DNA of 64,000 nt. Source: Eledone cirrhosa (lineage: Eukaryota). The position numbers were made by a program, and so were the translations under genes. The stretch spans positions 34,286,001-34,350,000 of the forward strand of contig OZ024745.1 in the NCBI GenBank assembly GCA_964016885.1. The letters run 5' to 3'. Below are positions 26,429-39,845 of this stretch, piece after piece. The notes under the pieces are model-generated. The model searched no databases and was not told the origin of the DNA. It saw only the letters and a list, made by a program, of their open reading frames with translations. The first letter of the stretch is position 1, and each line of letters starts with the position of its first letter.

Positions 26429-26580
26429 CCCTCTTCCTGCTATTTCAATCGTTAGCCTAATATATTCCTTCCATATACCGTACCGAATGTGCTGTTATTT
26501 CTCTTTACCTTTTACACACACACATACATATAATACTATAACATATATATATATACACACATATATATAAAAATAAATAA

Positions 26581-26687
<107 letters not shown>

Positions 26688-27786
26688 ATAGTATTATATA
26701 TACAGAGTGTGTTCGAGAGAGAATTTTATTGTGCCTCTCATGTACTTATTTCAAAATTCTGTCGTGTAATCGTGTGTCACATCTAAAATAATGTTTTATT
26801 TATTTTTCAATAATTCTATGCTACATTTTTGAATATTATTATTAGTATCATTATTATTTCTTGTTTGACGCGATAATGTTTATTTCCTTCGCGAAGTCAT
26901 TTATTCTTTCTTTACTCTTTTATCCTTTTTTTTCACTTTTTCAATCGATGTGTTGTAGATGTAATGTTCAGTCTCAATAAGAATTGTTTCAAAGTATTGG
27001 TCTCAACGAAGGTTGCCATAGAAGTGGGGTTTAATTTTCTCATTACTATGGAAACAAGTGAAATTAAGTCGTTTTTTTTTTTCATTTTAGGGATTTGTCT
27101 TTGATATCGATTTTTATTTACTTATTTTATATATTTTTATTTTTATCTTTACCAATAAGATTTGTATGCCGTTCAAAAGGAAATGAGAGTCTGTCATTCG
27201 ATATATTAGATATTTGTTAAGACTATCGGCATCTGTCCGACACTATCTCTTATAACTTGCTGAAAATATCATCTCACTATCCTCCACCTTCTACTCTTCT
27301 ACCATACCCGATTTCCATCTATTCACATTTCTGCAAAGAACAGCAAAGCAAAAGTAAACAGGCCAGAACAACAACAACAGCAACAACAACAACAACACCA
27401 GCAACAATAACTATAATACCAATAACTAACACCAACTATTTCGCTTTAATGAATTATAAAAAAAATAAGAATACAGAAATAAATACATCTAAATAACAAA
27501 TACTGGTTTATTTGAAATTATCATAGATTTGACGGTGTCTTCAATATCCGTAAAGATAAGCATTGTTATAGAATATTAAATATTAGTACAGCTTCTACGC
27601 ATTACATATATATCCTCACTTAATTTGCATTCTGAGCGATTACACTGATGAACATCATGATAGGAAACAGTTACAATGATAAAAGCAATCGTAGCAATCA
27701 TCAGCCATAGAGTGTGATGTTAGCAATGTCTGGAATTTCATGAAAACATAGTTTATTGAAATGTTCGACCAAGAGAATTATCAGTT

Positions 27787-27827
<41 letters not shown>

Positions 27828-28029
27828 TGTAGAAAACAACTTTCTTTCAAAGGTGATATAAGTTCTTTATATATAGTTTGGAACAATACTGCACCTAAAT
27901 GTCTCTCTTAACGTTTCGATACCTACTCAGTCAGAATAAGAGTGCGTATATTAATGATGAATGACTCATGTTCTTAGCAGTGGTCGCAATGTACCATAAG
28001 CGTATATGTATATATATATATATATATAT

Positions 28030-28230
28030 AGGAACCAGTAAGACCCCGACAGCTGAGCTCAAGCCGTTTCGACGGCTAATTCTGGACTAATTCAGTCCAG
28101 AATTAGCCGTCGAAACGGCTTGAGCTCAGCTGTCGGGGTCTTACTGGTTCCTATTACCCACTCTACTACCTCAAGTATTGAGTACTTTGGTGCGTTATGG
28201 TCCACCTGGTTCCTTACCACATTTCCTTCG

Positions 28231-28266
<36 letters not shown>

Positions 28267-28476
28267 ATATATATATATATATAACGGAGGAAATGTGGTA
28301 AGGAACCAGGTGGACCATAACGCACCAAAGTACTCAATACTTAGGGTAGTAGAGTGGGTAATAGGAACGAGTAGGACCCCGACGGCTGAGCTCAAGCTGT
28401 TTCGACGGCTAATTCTGGACTAAATTTAGTCCAGAATTAACCGTCGAAACGGCTTGAGCTCTGCCGTCGGGGTCTT
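28030..28476. mobile_element. two P1 mini-PLE ends, tail-to-tail around a (TA)n tract
   Basis: 28030-28233 (+) and 28282-28476 (-), each a hairpin plus tail like 1797-1993. Confidence 0.85.
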
Positions 28477-28599
28477 GAACATTTTCCTGTATATATATAT
28501 ATATATATATATATTTTGCCGGTTGTGCATATAACTGTATTTTCCTTTTCTCTTTCGTCTCTCTCTCGCCCCCCCCCCTTCTAACAAGTTTGATTTAGA

Positions 28600-30225
28600 A
28601 CGTAGCACGATGGAAAGCATCCACCAGATAGCTAATTCCATACACCAGAGTATAACTGTAACTATCGACTTCCCTTCCAAACACCCTAACAATAGACTAC
28701 CTGTATTAGACACAGAATTCTGGATTAACACTATAGACAAGAGAGCCCAAATTCTCCACTCACACTATGCTAAACCCATGGCCTCCAAATACCTGATACT
28801 CAAAAACTCAGCAATGTCCAGTAGTGCTAAGTTTAATATTCTGATCGCAGATTTGGTACGAGTGATGAAGAATGTATCCCGCATGTGCGACCCAACTGAA
28901 ATGGAAAGACACATCCAACACTTCATCAACCGCATGTAGTTCTCTGGCTACAACCAAGGAGACAGAGTCAGAGTGTACGAAGGAGCCATGGAAAAGTATA
29001 AGACCCTCACAGAACTGGACATGAAAGGAATTTGCCCATTATACAGGAGCAAATCATGGAATAGCTTAGATAGGGCTAGACATAAGATAAGGAAAGCCAC
29101 CTCATGGTACGACAACAAGAGATACCAGAGTGTCATGTTTGTGGACGCTCCCCTGGAGGGAAATTAGCTAACCAGTGTAGAAAGGCCCTGAGAAAGACCC
29201 ACTTAAAAATAAAGGTGGTAGAAAAGCCAGGAACCACCATAAAATCCCTGATCAGCAAAACCTACCCTTTTAAGAAAACCCACTGTACCAATAGGAAATG
29301 TATCATATGTAAGGTGAACCCCCGGATAAACTGTAAAACTAGAAACGTAGTCTATAGCATAAGATGTACAGAGGGTACTTGCAGAAACATGACAACAACA
29401 TACATAGGTGAGACAGCTCGTAGCATAGGTGAAAGGATAGACCAACACGGGGAACTAAAAGGACGAAAAAACGGGTCAGTACTATACGAACATGCGAGTC
29501 AACAACATGACGGTAACATAGACAACATAGAAATTAGAATAATATCTAAACATAGAAATGACCCAGCAGATAGGCAAATCAGAGAGGCCAGTGAAATAGA
29601 AATTAGAAGACCAAAGCTAAACAGAAAGAATGAATGGAATAACAACAACACCCAAACAAACAACACTGACCTAAGAGAAGTATAAATAAGTAAATAAAAT
29701 AAGATAAATAAATAAGTAAATAAATACACAAGCACAATAACAACAAGCACATAAACACACACTAGTCACCCATCACACAGCAAACATAACACTATACACA
29801 CACGCAAACGCATGCGCAAAGAAGACAAAATAAACTAAACAAACAAGCAAATAAATAAATAAATATATAGACAGACTGAATAAAAATGGCGTAGACATAC
29901 AACACAACAGGAGGAAAATATAATACCACTGATGATGTTGCAGATGTGCAACGAAAGATTTATGATAAACTATATATATCTGTTTGTGTCTATATTGTAT
30001 CTGTATTATTTTTGACCGTCGGTCAGTCAATGGCAACATTGAGGACCGAGTAAGTTAGATTACCGATATAAAAGACAGCGAGAAGCGAAAACCAACCAAA
30101 GAGTGAGTGTGTTCTGTTATTAATTCTGGCAATATTACACAAATATGACCCTCCCCAAGTATAACAATATTTGTTTCGACACACGATTTCATATAAAAAA
30201 CCTCGAAAAACTAATTCATCGCCGC
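28600..30225 (+). mobile_element. 5'-truncated Penelope-like element: RT C-terminus, GIY-YIG endonuclease and 3' HHR
   Basis: DFPSKH..LPVLD..HYAKPM; one stop (28937) and one frameshift (~29150); C..C..CKTRNVVYSIRC..C..YIGETARSIGERIDQH..RQIREA..LNRKNEW ending 29685. Confidence 0.88.
29924..29967 (+). ncRNA. type I hammerhead ribozyme downstream of the GIY-YIG ORF
   Basis: TACCA-CTGATGA-T-GTTGCA gatg TGCAAC-GAAA-GATT-TA-TGATA. Confidence 0.75.
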
Positions 30226-30239
30226 TATATATATATATA

Positions 30240-30430
30240 TAGGAACAAGTAGGACCGCGACGGCTGAACTCAAGCCGTATCGACGGCTAATTCAGTCCAG
30301 AATTAGCCGTCGAAACGGCTTGAGCTCAGCCGTCGGGGTCCTACTTGTTCCTATTACCCCCTCTACTACCCTAAGTATTGAGTACTTTGGTGCGTTATGG
30401 TACACCTGGTTCCTTACCACATTTCCTTCG

Positions 30431-30433
<3 letters not shown>
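30240..30433 (+). mobile_element. P1 mini-PLE end in (TA)n
   Basis: same hairpin plus tail as the 1797 and 28030 copies. Confidence 0.85.
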
Positions 30434-30475
<42 letters not shown>

Positions 30476-30524
30476 ATAATAAGACCATTACTGATAGTGA
30501 GACCCATGTAGTTAATTATGTAGT

Positions 30525-31115
30525 CTGACTCTTCTTATGGATTGGCCGGGTGTGGCACCCCATGTTGGATTGTAGTCATCATGATACGAACTCCTTTAGT
30601 ACTTGTTTCTGGACTCCACTCTAACTTGTGGATGGGATACCTGATCTATATGTGGGACGTGGGTTTATGTATTGCTTGGTGGCCAGACAGGTGCCCTGGT
30701 ATGAGAGATTTAATCTCCAGTTTGTAATCATCTTGATGTGAACTCCTTTAGTACCTATTAATAGACTCCACTCTAGCTTGTAGATGTGATACTTAATTGA
30801 TTTATATATGAGACGGGGGTTGTCTATTGCTTGATGACCAGACTAGTGCCTTTATATGAGAAATTGGATCTCCGGACCATACCGAAGATTTACTGGAGAT
30901 TCAGACATGCAATGACCCGGAGCCTACCGGGTGGCATATATAATAGTGGGACCATACCAGGTCCTACTGTTATATTACATTTGCATGGAACAGTGACTTG
31001 AGAGTCTGACTCCTCTTATAGAACGTTCAGATGACACCCCTTAATGGATGGTAATCATCCTAATATATACACCCTTGTACTTCTTAATGGACAACTCTCT
31101 AACCTATAAATGGGT
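30525..31115 (+). repeat. diverged ~150-bp tandem repeat (two units plus a partial third)
   Basis: 30570-30720 aligns with 30722-30875; 31003-31115 aligns with 30523-30640. Confidence 0.7.
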
Positions 31116-31886
31116 AACATACTCTAGAAATTAGTTATAACTTCATATGATAGGCACGTATTTGAATCACCATTAATGTAGTTTAGGATAGTAATTTAAC
31201 TAAGATAACTAGCTAGTTATTAATTCCCCTTAGTCATTCAAACACTTCCGGAATCTGGACAGCATGATCTATTACTTAAGAACCGACTGGATACGGTTTA
31301 TAGCTTGATTATATGCTGAACCACCGCGAATTATACGATAGACACGTGTTCTCTATATATATTGCGTCTCATGGATTATGTGAGTGGTGGTGTGAGCGAA
31401 GACAGTGGTACGGCTTTGCCTACGATACAATAAGGTTTATAGTATGTTGAAAGTTTTTGATATTTTGGTGTTTCCCTGCATCCGAGACTGTATATCATAC
31501 AGATGTATGAGAATAAATGACTTAATAATTCAGCCCACATAATAAGATCGATTGCCTGCTTCAACTGCCTGACCCTGCAAATATCATTCTGACGCACTCT
31601 AATCATGTATAAATAAGACACGCGTGCATGCTACACGTGAGATTGTTTCATACACTGACTACTCTAAACTTTCCTCTTGCTTTATCTTCATAGACTGCCA
31701 ACGCTTCATGTTTATCTTTATTTTCATTCTTGTTTTTATTTTATTTTTATCCTGTAACCTTTATATGTAAATTGCCATGCTATATCATTTGATGAGTGTC
31801 ACCCCACTGTTGATCAATATGCGCATATGTTTTATGTGTCTCTTGGGTTGAAAAGGAGGTCAAGTATGTTATAGATCAGTAAATAG

Positions 31887-31935
31887 TTGCTCCGAAGAAT
31901 CCAAACCTCGGTTTGGAGGAAACAATTGTAAGCAA
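31887..31935 (+). ncRNA. type I hammerhead motif with U4->C change
   Basis: TTGCT-CCGAAGA-A-TCCAAACC tc GGTTTGGA-G-GAAA-CAATTG-TA-AGCAA, followed by ATAAA. Confidence 0.72.
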
Positions 31936-32518
31936 ATAAATGACTTAAACTGAACTTTGATTATTGTAATCTCTATATGTAATCTCTCTCTCTCTCTATA
32001 TATATATAATAAAATAGGACCGAAGTCACTGTTGTAGCATATATATAAACTCTATTGGCATATATTCGGATGTGGCATATGTGGTGCGATGTAAAGGAAG
32101 CGTCCGGACCTGATCATTATGATTTTACTCTGAGCTGATCGATGTTGAAACGATTGTAGTATATAAATAAAGTTTATATATAGGATGCAACCTTAAATTC
32201 GATCCTAATTACTTTATTTATACTCTGCCCACGACACCCGCCTTACCTCTAGCGTACAACCCAACACGAGACGCACCCCGTATCATCATCGAATGCTTCA
32301 GAAGGCGCACCGTATGTAACTCTAGTTACATACACACACATATACATACATACATACATACACACACACTCACATACACACACACATATATATATAGTTC
32401 AAAACGACAAACAAATCAACAAACGCAGGAGTCAATGGTACATAGTATTATATGAGAGAAACCTGGCAGCTATTCCTCGAAGGTAGAGTGAACACATACG
32501 GAATATGTTTTGTTATGG

Positions 32519-32566
<48 letters not shown>

Positions 32567-33436
32567 TATAATATATATATATATATATACATATATATAA
32601 TATATATATAACCCATCACAAAACATATTCCGTATGTGTTCACTTTACCTTCGAGGAATAGTCGCCAGGTTTCCTTCATATCACACCCCAGTGATTTAGG
32701 AAAAGAAGTGATACATTGGATAACATAATACTATGGGATTGCGAGGGTGGAATCTTTATCGGTTTTGATGACGAACATTCCGCTGTTTGATCACTCGAAT
32801 GCCCAGCTCATGAATTTACGTGAAAGTACCTGAGTATGTCAGACACAGGTTCAACCACAACGTAGGCTGCATCAGCTTTGACATAAAATGTAAAGAATCT
32901 TGACCATTGTATCATGGTTATTAACGATTTTCCGAGCTTCCAAACTTTCCGTCTATACGTTTTCACTCAGAATTTGGGACGAACCAACCTTAAAGTAACG
33001 ACATTTGACCAAGACGCCATGTGAGGGATCAAACTCTGAATCTCATGAGTGCTAGGTGAACTTGTATATGTCTCCACCACACCATGCTTGCATCAATTAT
33101 ATATAATTAATACGATGGCAATGATTGGAATGTCTTTGACCATAGGTCCATTCGATCAATTTGGGGCTAAACAACATCAACAACAACAAAAATAAGAAAA
33201 ATAACAAGAGCAACACTAAACACGCTAAAAGCAAAACCATTTCCAATATTCTCGAAAGATTGCATTTAACACGAGTTGCAAGGCAATACATGGATGTTTC
33301 CAATCTGGAAGATATGTAATATACAGAATCTGTATATAAAATAGAACTTATAAAAACTGTATCATCAATACATTCCCACCATCACCAAAACAATTCTGGA
33401 TTACTTAAATAAGTTCAGAACTATTACACACACACA

Positions 33437-33495
<59 letters not shown>

Positions 33496-33740
33496 ACACA
33501 CACACACATGCACACATACACACATACATACAGACAGGCACACATACATACACATATATTCATATAGTTTTGTATGCCTGAGGGTGTGTGAGTATGTGTA
33601 AGTATTCTACATTGACGCGAACATTACTCTGTGGTTAAGGAATACGCTTCACACACACGTAGTTCCGGGTTCAGTCCCACACTGCGATTGTCGCGTATAT
33701 ATATGTCAAATATATGTATATAAATGTACATGCCAATGTG

Positions 33741-33795
<55 letters not shown>

Positions 33796-33799
<4 letters not shown>

Positions 33800-34065
33800 A
33801 AAAAGGGATGAAATCGAAAATGCAACTGAAGTCTTATTTTTTAAAAAAATATATATATTTATTTGGTTCCTTTACCGGTTTCGCAGTTCTTCTGCTTTTC
33901 AAAAGGTGAGTTGAGATGGAGGGTCTGTGGTTTTTCTCACATCTGGTTGGTCTCTAATTGTTACTTGTTTTATATGGAAAAAGTGGCTCGAAAACCAGGT
34001 TTTCTTTATACTTCCACTCGTGTAGGACACCTCGGTTATTTTTCATTTTGTAAAAAAAACCTCAC

Positions 34066-34073
<8 letters not shown>
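33796..34073 (+). mobile_element. P3 mini-PLE end with internal deletion/rearrangement; HHR on minus strand 33869-33906
   Basis: same ends as 18691-19040; reverse strand reads CCTT-TTGAAAA-GCAG..CTGC-GAAA-CCGG-TA-AAGG. Confidence 0.8.
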
Positions 34074-34096
<23 letters not shown>

Positions 34097-36841
34097 GTTG
34101 GTTAATTTCCTGAAACTGTAGAGTGCTCAACTTCTCGGGCTGGAAGGTACATTCCCGGAGGGAGTACCTTTCCAACGGAAATACTTCATATATATATATT
34201 TGCTATAAAATCATCAATGTTTATGCCTCTCTCTAATGCTTGTGTATGTCTGCGTTTATTTCCCATGTATGTAGTTCCAAGATGTCATCAATTATTTGTT
34301 ATGAATCTATCAACATTACTAGCCGTGGTGTGTTTAGGACATTGACATTTTCTTTTCTGTAGCTGGATGAACTCTTTTTAATGAAATATTTTCTAAAAAA
34401 TCACAGGTATGAACTTTTCTTGGAAAGTCTCAAGTATAAGCACAGCGCAGTTCAAAGCAGCTAGAAAAAACTTCAAATTTGATCAGTCATTATTTACAAT
34501 AGATGGATCGAAGACATTATTTCGAGAATCGATTTGCACGGTGAAACAAAATTAAATAAAAATTATTAATTAGCTAGTCCTAAAAGGTCAACATTCTGCA
34601 AACCCTAGGGCGGCTATAATTGTTGACATATATATTTCATTAATTGCTACTAATTAAAACCATCCACTAAATAATTTTAGCATAATGATATGCATACTCT
34701 AAATTGTAGCGCATATACCGCCTAACTCTGTCTGGAATTCTGACCAGCACATGTTATCAACAATGTAAATATAACTTCCTTGTTTCAATCTGACGATTGG
34801 CCGTTTTTCTGTATTTTTTTTTTCATATAAAAATTGTTTAATTCCAGAATATATCAATATTTTTCTATATTTCATAAAATCATGATCGGGGAATTGCGGT
34901 ATATGAGCAGTCTTTCTCTTAATATTGACGGTTTAATGATCAGTTTTTCGAAATTCTCTGAAAAGATATATTACTAATAACAACTTGGCAATTGGCTATT
35001 TAAATATTTTAAGAACATTCTCAGAAGTCACGCATGTCCATTTTCTTAATAATATTTATTAGCACTTTCTCTGAATTAATTATTATCTTTACTGGTCTCA
35101 ATACTAGTTTCAAGATTACTATTACTTTTATTTATAGACAGAGTGAAGTATTTTTGCTGCAGCTGCTGCAATCGAAATAATATAAAATAAAATTTATTTT
35201 AATGTGTTCTGAAGACACCAGACAGCAATTACGTCGTTTCGTAATAAGCAATTTCAAATAATGTCAATCTCTGTCAAGTACCGGTATTTGGCAATCCTAG
35301 ACGGATGACTGGTTAGCGTGTAGGGGGTCAGAGAGCTGATAGATCGGGGATTATATTGTCACTTTTTGTACATTGGATCAATGATATATACATTAAACTC
35401 TTGAACAATTCAGTCGTACTAGCAGTAAATACGCACTTCAAGGCCTGACTAACGCTCTTCGGTACTCGAATACTATAACGTTATCAGATAATTCGTTAGC
35501 TTGGAATGTCAAGTAGAAGATTATGTGTCAGTTTCATAGCAATTCTACTCGTCTGTGGAGCAGAAGTATTTTTTATCAACTTGATATTGGAATCACTTAA
35601 TAGAAAGTTGACAGTGGAATTAAGCCGGTGGCAAGGTCACACAGTTTGAAAAAGAATGTGACACTAAGAAATATATAATATCAGTAATAAGATGTTAAAA
35701 TTGTTTGTGAATTTCCCGAAGGGCTAAAATATAATTGCTGAAAATAATAGGTTCAACCGAAATTCTAATAGGTGCTGGAATACCGCAAGCATTTACATTC
35801 TGGTTTAAATTTGCAGTCAGTGTTTCATATTGGTGTTGAGCATTATTTATTTATTAATATCTCCCAGATACTAAGAACCCTTAGTAAATTGTAATTGATT
35901 TTGATGAAATGTTATTATTGATGCTGATTCCAGCGCTAATGATGCAGTATTAACTCCAATCAAAATATTGCTAAATATAAAGTTTCTGTAGCATCAAGGT
36001 TATGAGAGAAACATTTTCTTAACTTGACACCAACAGACTTCTCAAGATAGAAATTAAATTAAATAAACTTCCCAGGGTCAAAATGCCAAGCCACAGCTAA
36101 TTACAAACTCTCAACTAAAGGGGACAAAATTGTATCTCATAAACGATCTTTTCAAAAAGATAAACCTATTTGACACAGATGCTCAGCAGTGCATTAATAT
36201 GAAACATTGTAAGATATATGGATAAAATAATTTTAGGAAAGCTGCTACAATGCAATTTCCAAATAGAAGAGTTGAAACTAGCGTAAAGGAAGAAAGGCAT
36301 ACTCGTCGTCAACAACACACACCTTTTTCTTTTCTTTGAAAAAGAGATCCTAACATGTAATATCCTTTAGAAATGTAAATTGGTTTGGTTTCGCCTTTAT
36401 TCATTTACACTTCTCAAGTTTTCATTTTTGTATTGATAATTTGTATTGCACGTGTTTTTCTAAAACAATCATATCCATGGATATGTAGATTTTTCAACAT
36501 AATTTATAGATATTGTTGGCTGATATTATACCCTGCCTTTATATCAAATACATTATTTCCTCTATAATTCCATGTTAAATAAATCCTCTAATGACGAAAA
36601 TATACATTTTCCATTGAAAATACTTCATTAAGCACAAAGAATGAAACGGGTTTTTCTCGAGACTCTTGAATCATAATCTATGTTATATATATATAGAAGT
36701 GAAACGGTTATAAATAGAGATCAAAACCGCTTCTGGTATCCCAAAGAGGTTCTTCTTCTTCTTCTTCTTCTTCTTCTTCTTCTTTATATAGACAGTGATA
36801 ATGTGTAGATTCAGGGATTTTTTGCTACTATTATTTGCAGA

Positions 36842-37042
36842 ACAGTATCTGTAGAGTCGGACACCATGCTTTGCTGCATAGAGTTACGGCCCTTCGTGAT
36901 GTGAGTTCAAATCCCGCCGAGGTTAACTTTGCTTTTCATCCTCAATGGGTCGATAAAATAAAGTACCAGTCACGCACTGGAGTCGATTTAGTCGACTTTC
37001 CCCTCCCACAAAATTGATGGCCTTGTGCCAATATAAGAAACC
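36842..37042 (+). mobile_element. SINE S1 variant with 12-bp TSD
   Basis: ATTATTTGCAGA at 36830-36841 and 37043-37054. Confidence 0.85.
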
Positions 37043-37588
37043 ATTATTTGCAGAGCAGGAGCCTAGGTAGACCCTCTGTTATAAAAGCTACAAATAAGAT
37101 TAAGATACTTGTAAGGGTATTAGTAGGGATGATAGTAGAAGAAAGGTTGATCACGATTGAAACGAGTTTGATCATACGTGTGCTGGTAAAGACTATAGAT
37201 TAAACAACACCATCCGGTGGACTATAATGTCAGTTATAACCAAATGTAAAATCTTCTAGAAGTTTAAATTATTGGGGTTGATATAATCCCATAAATCTCT
37301 TTAGGATAATGTTCCAGCATAGCCTCAATCTAATGGGTGAAACCACTAAAGAATTAAAAGAATAAAAGAATATACCACTGTTATTTTACAAACCTTATCC
37401 TCACAACCTTTGTGAATCTCTTTAAAGATTTACTTCAGTATTATTCCAAAGGATGTCGTTAATATTTTGTTTGGGTTTATTTTTCATTATTATAATTTTA
37501 TATCAAAAAAACATGCTGAATGTTGTTGTGGCAAAAATCAGAATATCAGAATTCACAATTCAGTCATACGTAAAGTATAGATGGAACG

Positions 37589-37634
<46 letters not shown>

Positions 37635-38379
37635 TCCAACAACAATCTACTAAATATGTGTTTACATTTTTTGGGACACCCTATATATCTCTCTGTATCT
37701 AAGGCGGGTAAAATTCACGAGATCCATGGACGAGTTCTCTCCAGCGGTCTCTGTCCCTCATTCATTCTACAATCATCGTTATTGAACGCTATTACTAAAA
37801 TTACCATACCATTTTCGTCTCAATCAGTTCGCATCAACTATTGGACACATTCCTTCTATCTTAATTATGAAACGATGAGATACAAATAAGGTTTAAAGTT
37901 ACATTTCGTTGTTAGTAAAAGAAAACAAAAACGAGGTCCATAAATTGGTTGTCTTTTGTAATTTAGGTAAAAACCTCTAGTTTAATGAGCAAACATCTTC
38001 CATCATCTGAAGTGTTTTTTCAACTGATGAAAAGAGGAAGGAAGTAACTGTTGTCGTGTTTTCTATTGCACCATCTTTTGTAGATTTCGGCGAGATTGAA
38101 ATTTAGTCAATAATCATAACAAAAATAGACTCTAAGTTTATGGTTGATTAATTTCTTAATTATACAGAGTGTTAGTTGGCCTGTACGATGTAGTTTTACT
38201 AACAATCAAATTTCCGGTATTTTTCGAGTTGAATCTAAGAAGATACTTTGGAGAATTCACTTAAAGTAGTTGACAAAGAAATACCAGCAAATATAACGGT
38301 ATCGTTTTACCATATATTTGGGATACAGTGTTGTTTAAAACATAGTTAAAGACTGTCTGAAGCACAGATGTTCATCAAA

Positions 38380-38652
38380 CCAGTGCTTATCCTGGTTTCA
38401 TTGGCTTTAAGCAACTAAGATAAGATTTAAAATACCAACCCTACCCGCCTACCACCGGATGTGACGCCATTCCGTCGCAGGGTTAACTCTCCTCTCAATT
38501 GCTGCTGTTGGTGTTAATTATTTAAACCGAATGTACTGTAGCAACGTTAAATGACGTGTCTTGCTCAAACACACAACACACGTTCCGGTAAGTGAATCGA
38601 ACTTACGATCCCGTGATCCTGAGCCTAATATCCTCACCACTAGCTCACGCGA
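38380..38652 (-). mobile_element. SINE S2, degenerate
   Basis: reverse-strand GTTCGATTC B-box and TGTTTGAGCAAGACAC. Confidence 0.6.
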
Positions 38653-39607
38653 CTACAGCCTTTCTTAAGACTAAATAACGGACACTGGAATATTTCCAAT
38701 TTACATATGGTTAGATTATAAATGAGAATTGTGTGATGTATTTTCTGAGGAAATAACCCACGTATTTTAGAATCTCCAATATTAGCTCTAACAGAATATA
38801 TTTAGGGACACGATACCAAAACAATGCTGCTCTACATATATGCCAAACCATCCCCAAAAAGCACTCACCTGTCTCAACGTTCTTTTCTTCATTTATTGGT
38901 TTCAGTCATTAAACTCTGGCCATTCTAGAACACCATCTTAAAGATATTTCACTCAATCATATCGACCCCAGTACGTATATATTATATGTATGATGCATAA
39001 TTTATCAATCTCAATTTTGTCGGACCGCTCCGTTATAGGGCATACAAATAGAAAACATCCTGCAGGTGCATCCGCAAAGTAAGCCAATTCACTCGAGCAA
39101 TCCTCACTACATTCACCCACTTTTAATAAGTGGACTGGGAATGTTGATTAAATTGCCCCCAGTGTGTTACTTATATTTTATTTTATCAACCCCGTAAGGA
39201 TGAAAAACAAAGCTAGCCTCGACAGGATTTGATCTTAGAACTTAAAGAGATATAACTATATACCGCAAAGTATTATGTTCGACGCTCTAACGATATTTCC
39301 AACATCAACACATCGTCATGGATGAATTTGAAAGTGAATCTTAGAAAGCCAAACCTGAATCTGGGATTGGATACGGTGCTAAATCGTTGCTTAATTAGAT
39401 CAGCAATGAGTAGCCAGAAAGTCTCTGACCCAAAATGAGCATAGCTATGGGGGAACCATTGTAACAGAATATACAAGAATGGCTCTCATCTTAGACCATT
39501 TGAAAGTAAATGTACTTATGTCGGTTAAAATATTCATATCTATGTAATAGCAAAAGCAACAATAACGGCAGCGACAGCAACAATAATAACAACAAGAACA
39601 TAATACA

Positions 39608-39716
39608 AATAATAATAATAATAATAATAATGATAATAATAATAATAATAACAATAACAATAACAATACTAATAATAATAAAGAAGAAGAAGAAGAAGAA
39701 GAAGAAGAAGAAGAAG

Positions 39717-39808
<92 letters not shown>

Positions 39809-39809
39809 C

Positions 39810-39844
<35 letters not shown>

Positions 39845-39845
39845 C
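39608..39845. repeat. compound trinucleotide microsatellite (AAT)(AAG)(AAC)(AGC)(AAC)
   Basis: direct inspection. Confidence 0.97.

Noticed and set aside
27646-27675. CTGATGA..GAAAC motif
   Set aside because: No stem I pairing found; likewise the CTGATGA hits at ~38024, ~59378 and minus ~21205
28092-28423. Recurrent 60-90 aa ORFs ([16 protein letters not shown])
   Set aside because: Chance frames through the non-coding P1 repeat and TA tracts
34500-36300. Very old LINE-like remnant (also ~40400-41700 and ~58500-59350)
   Set aside because: Only faint motif echoes and no continuous frame, so boundaries cannot be supported
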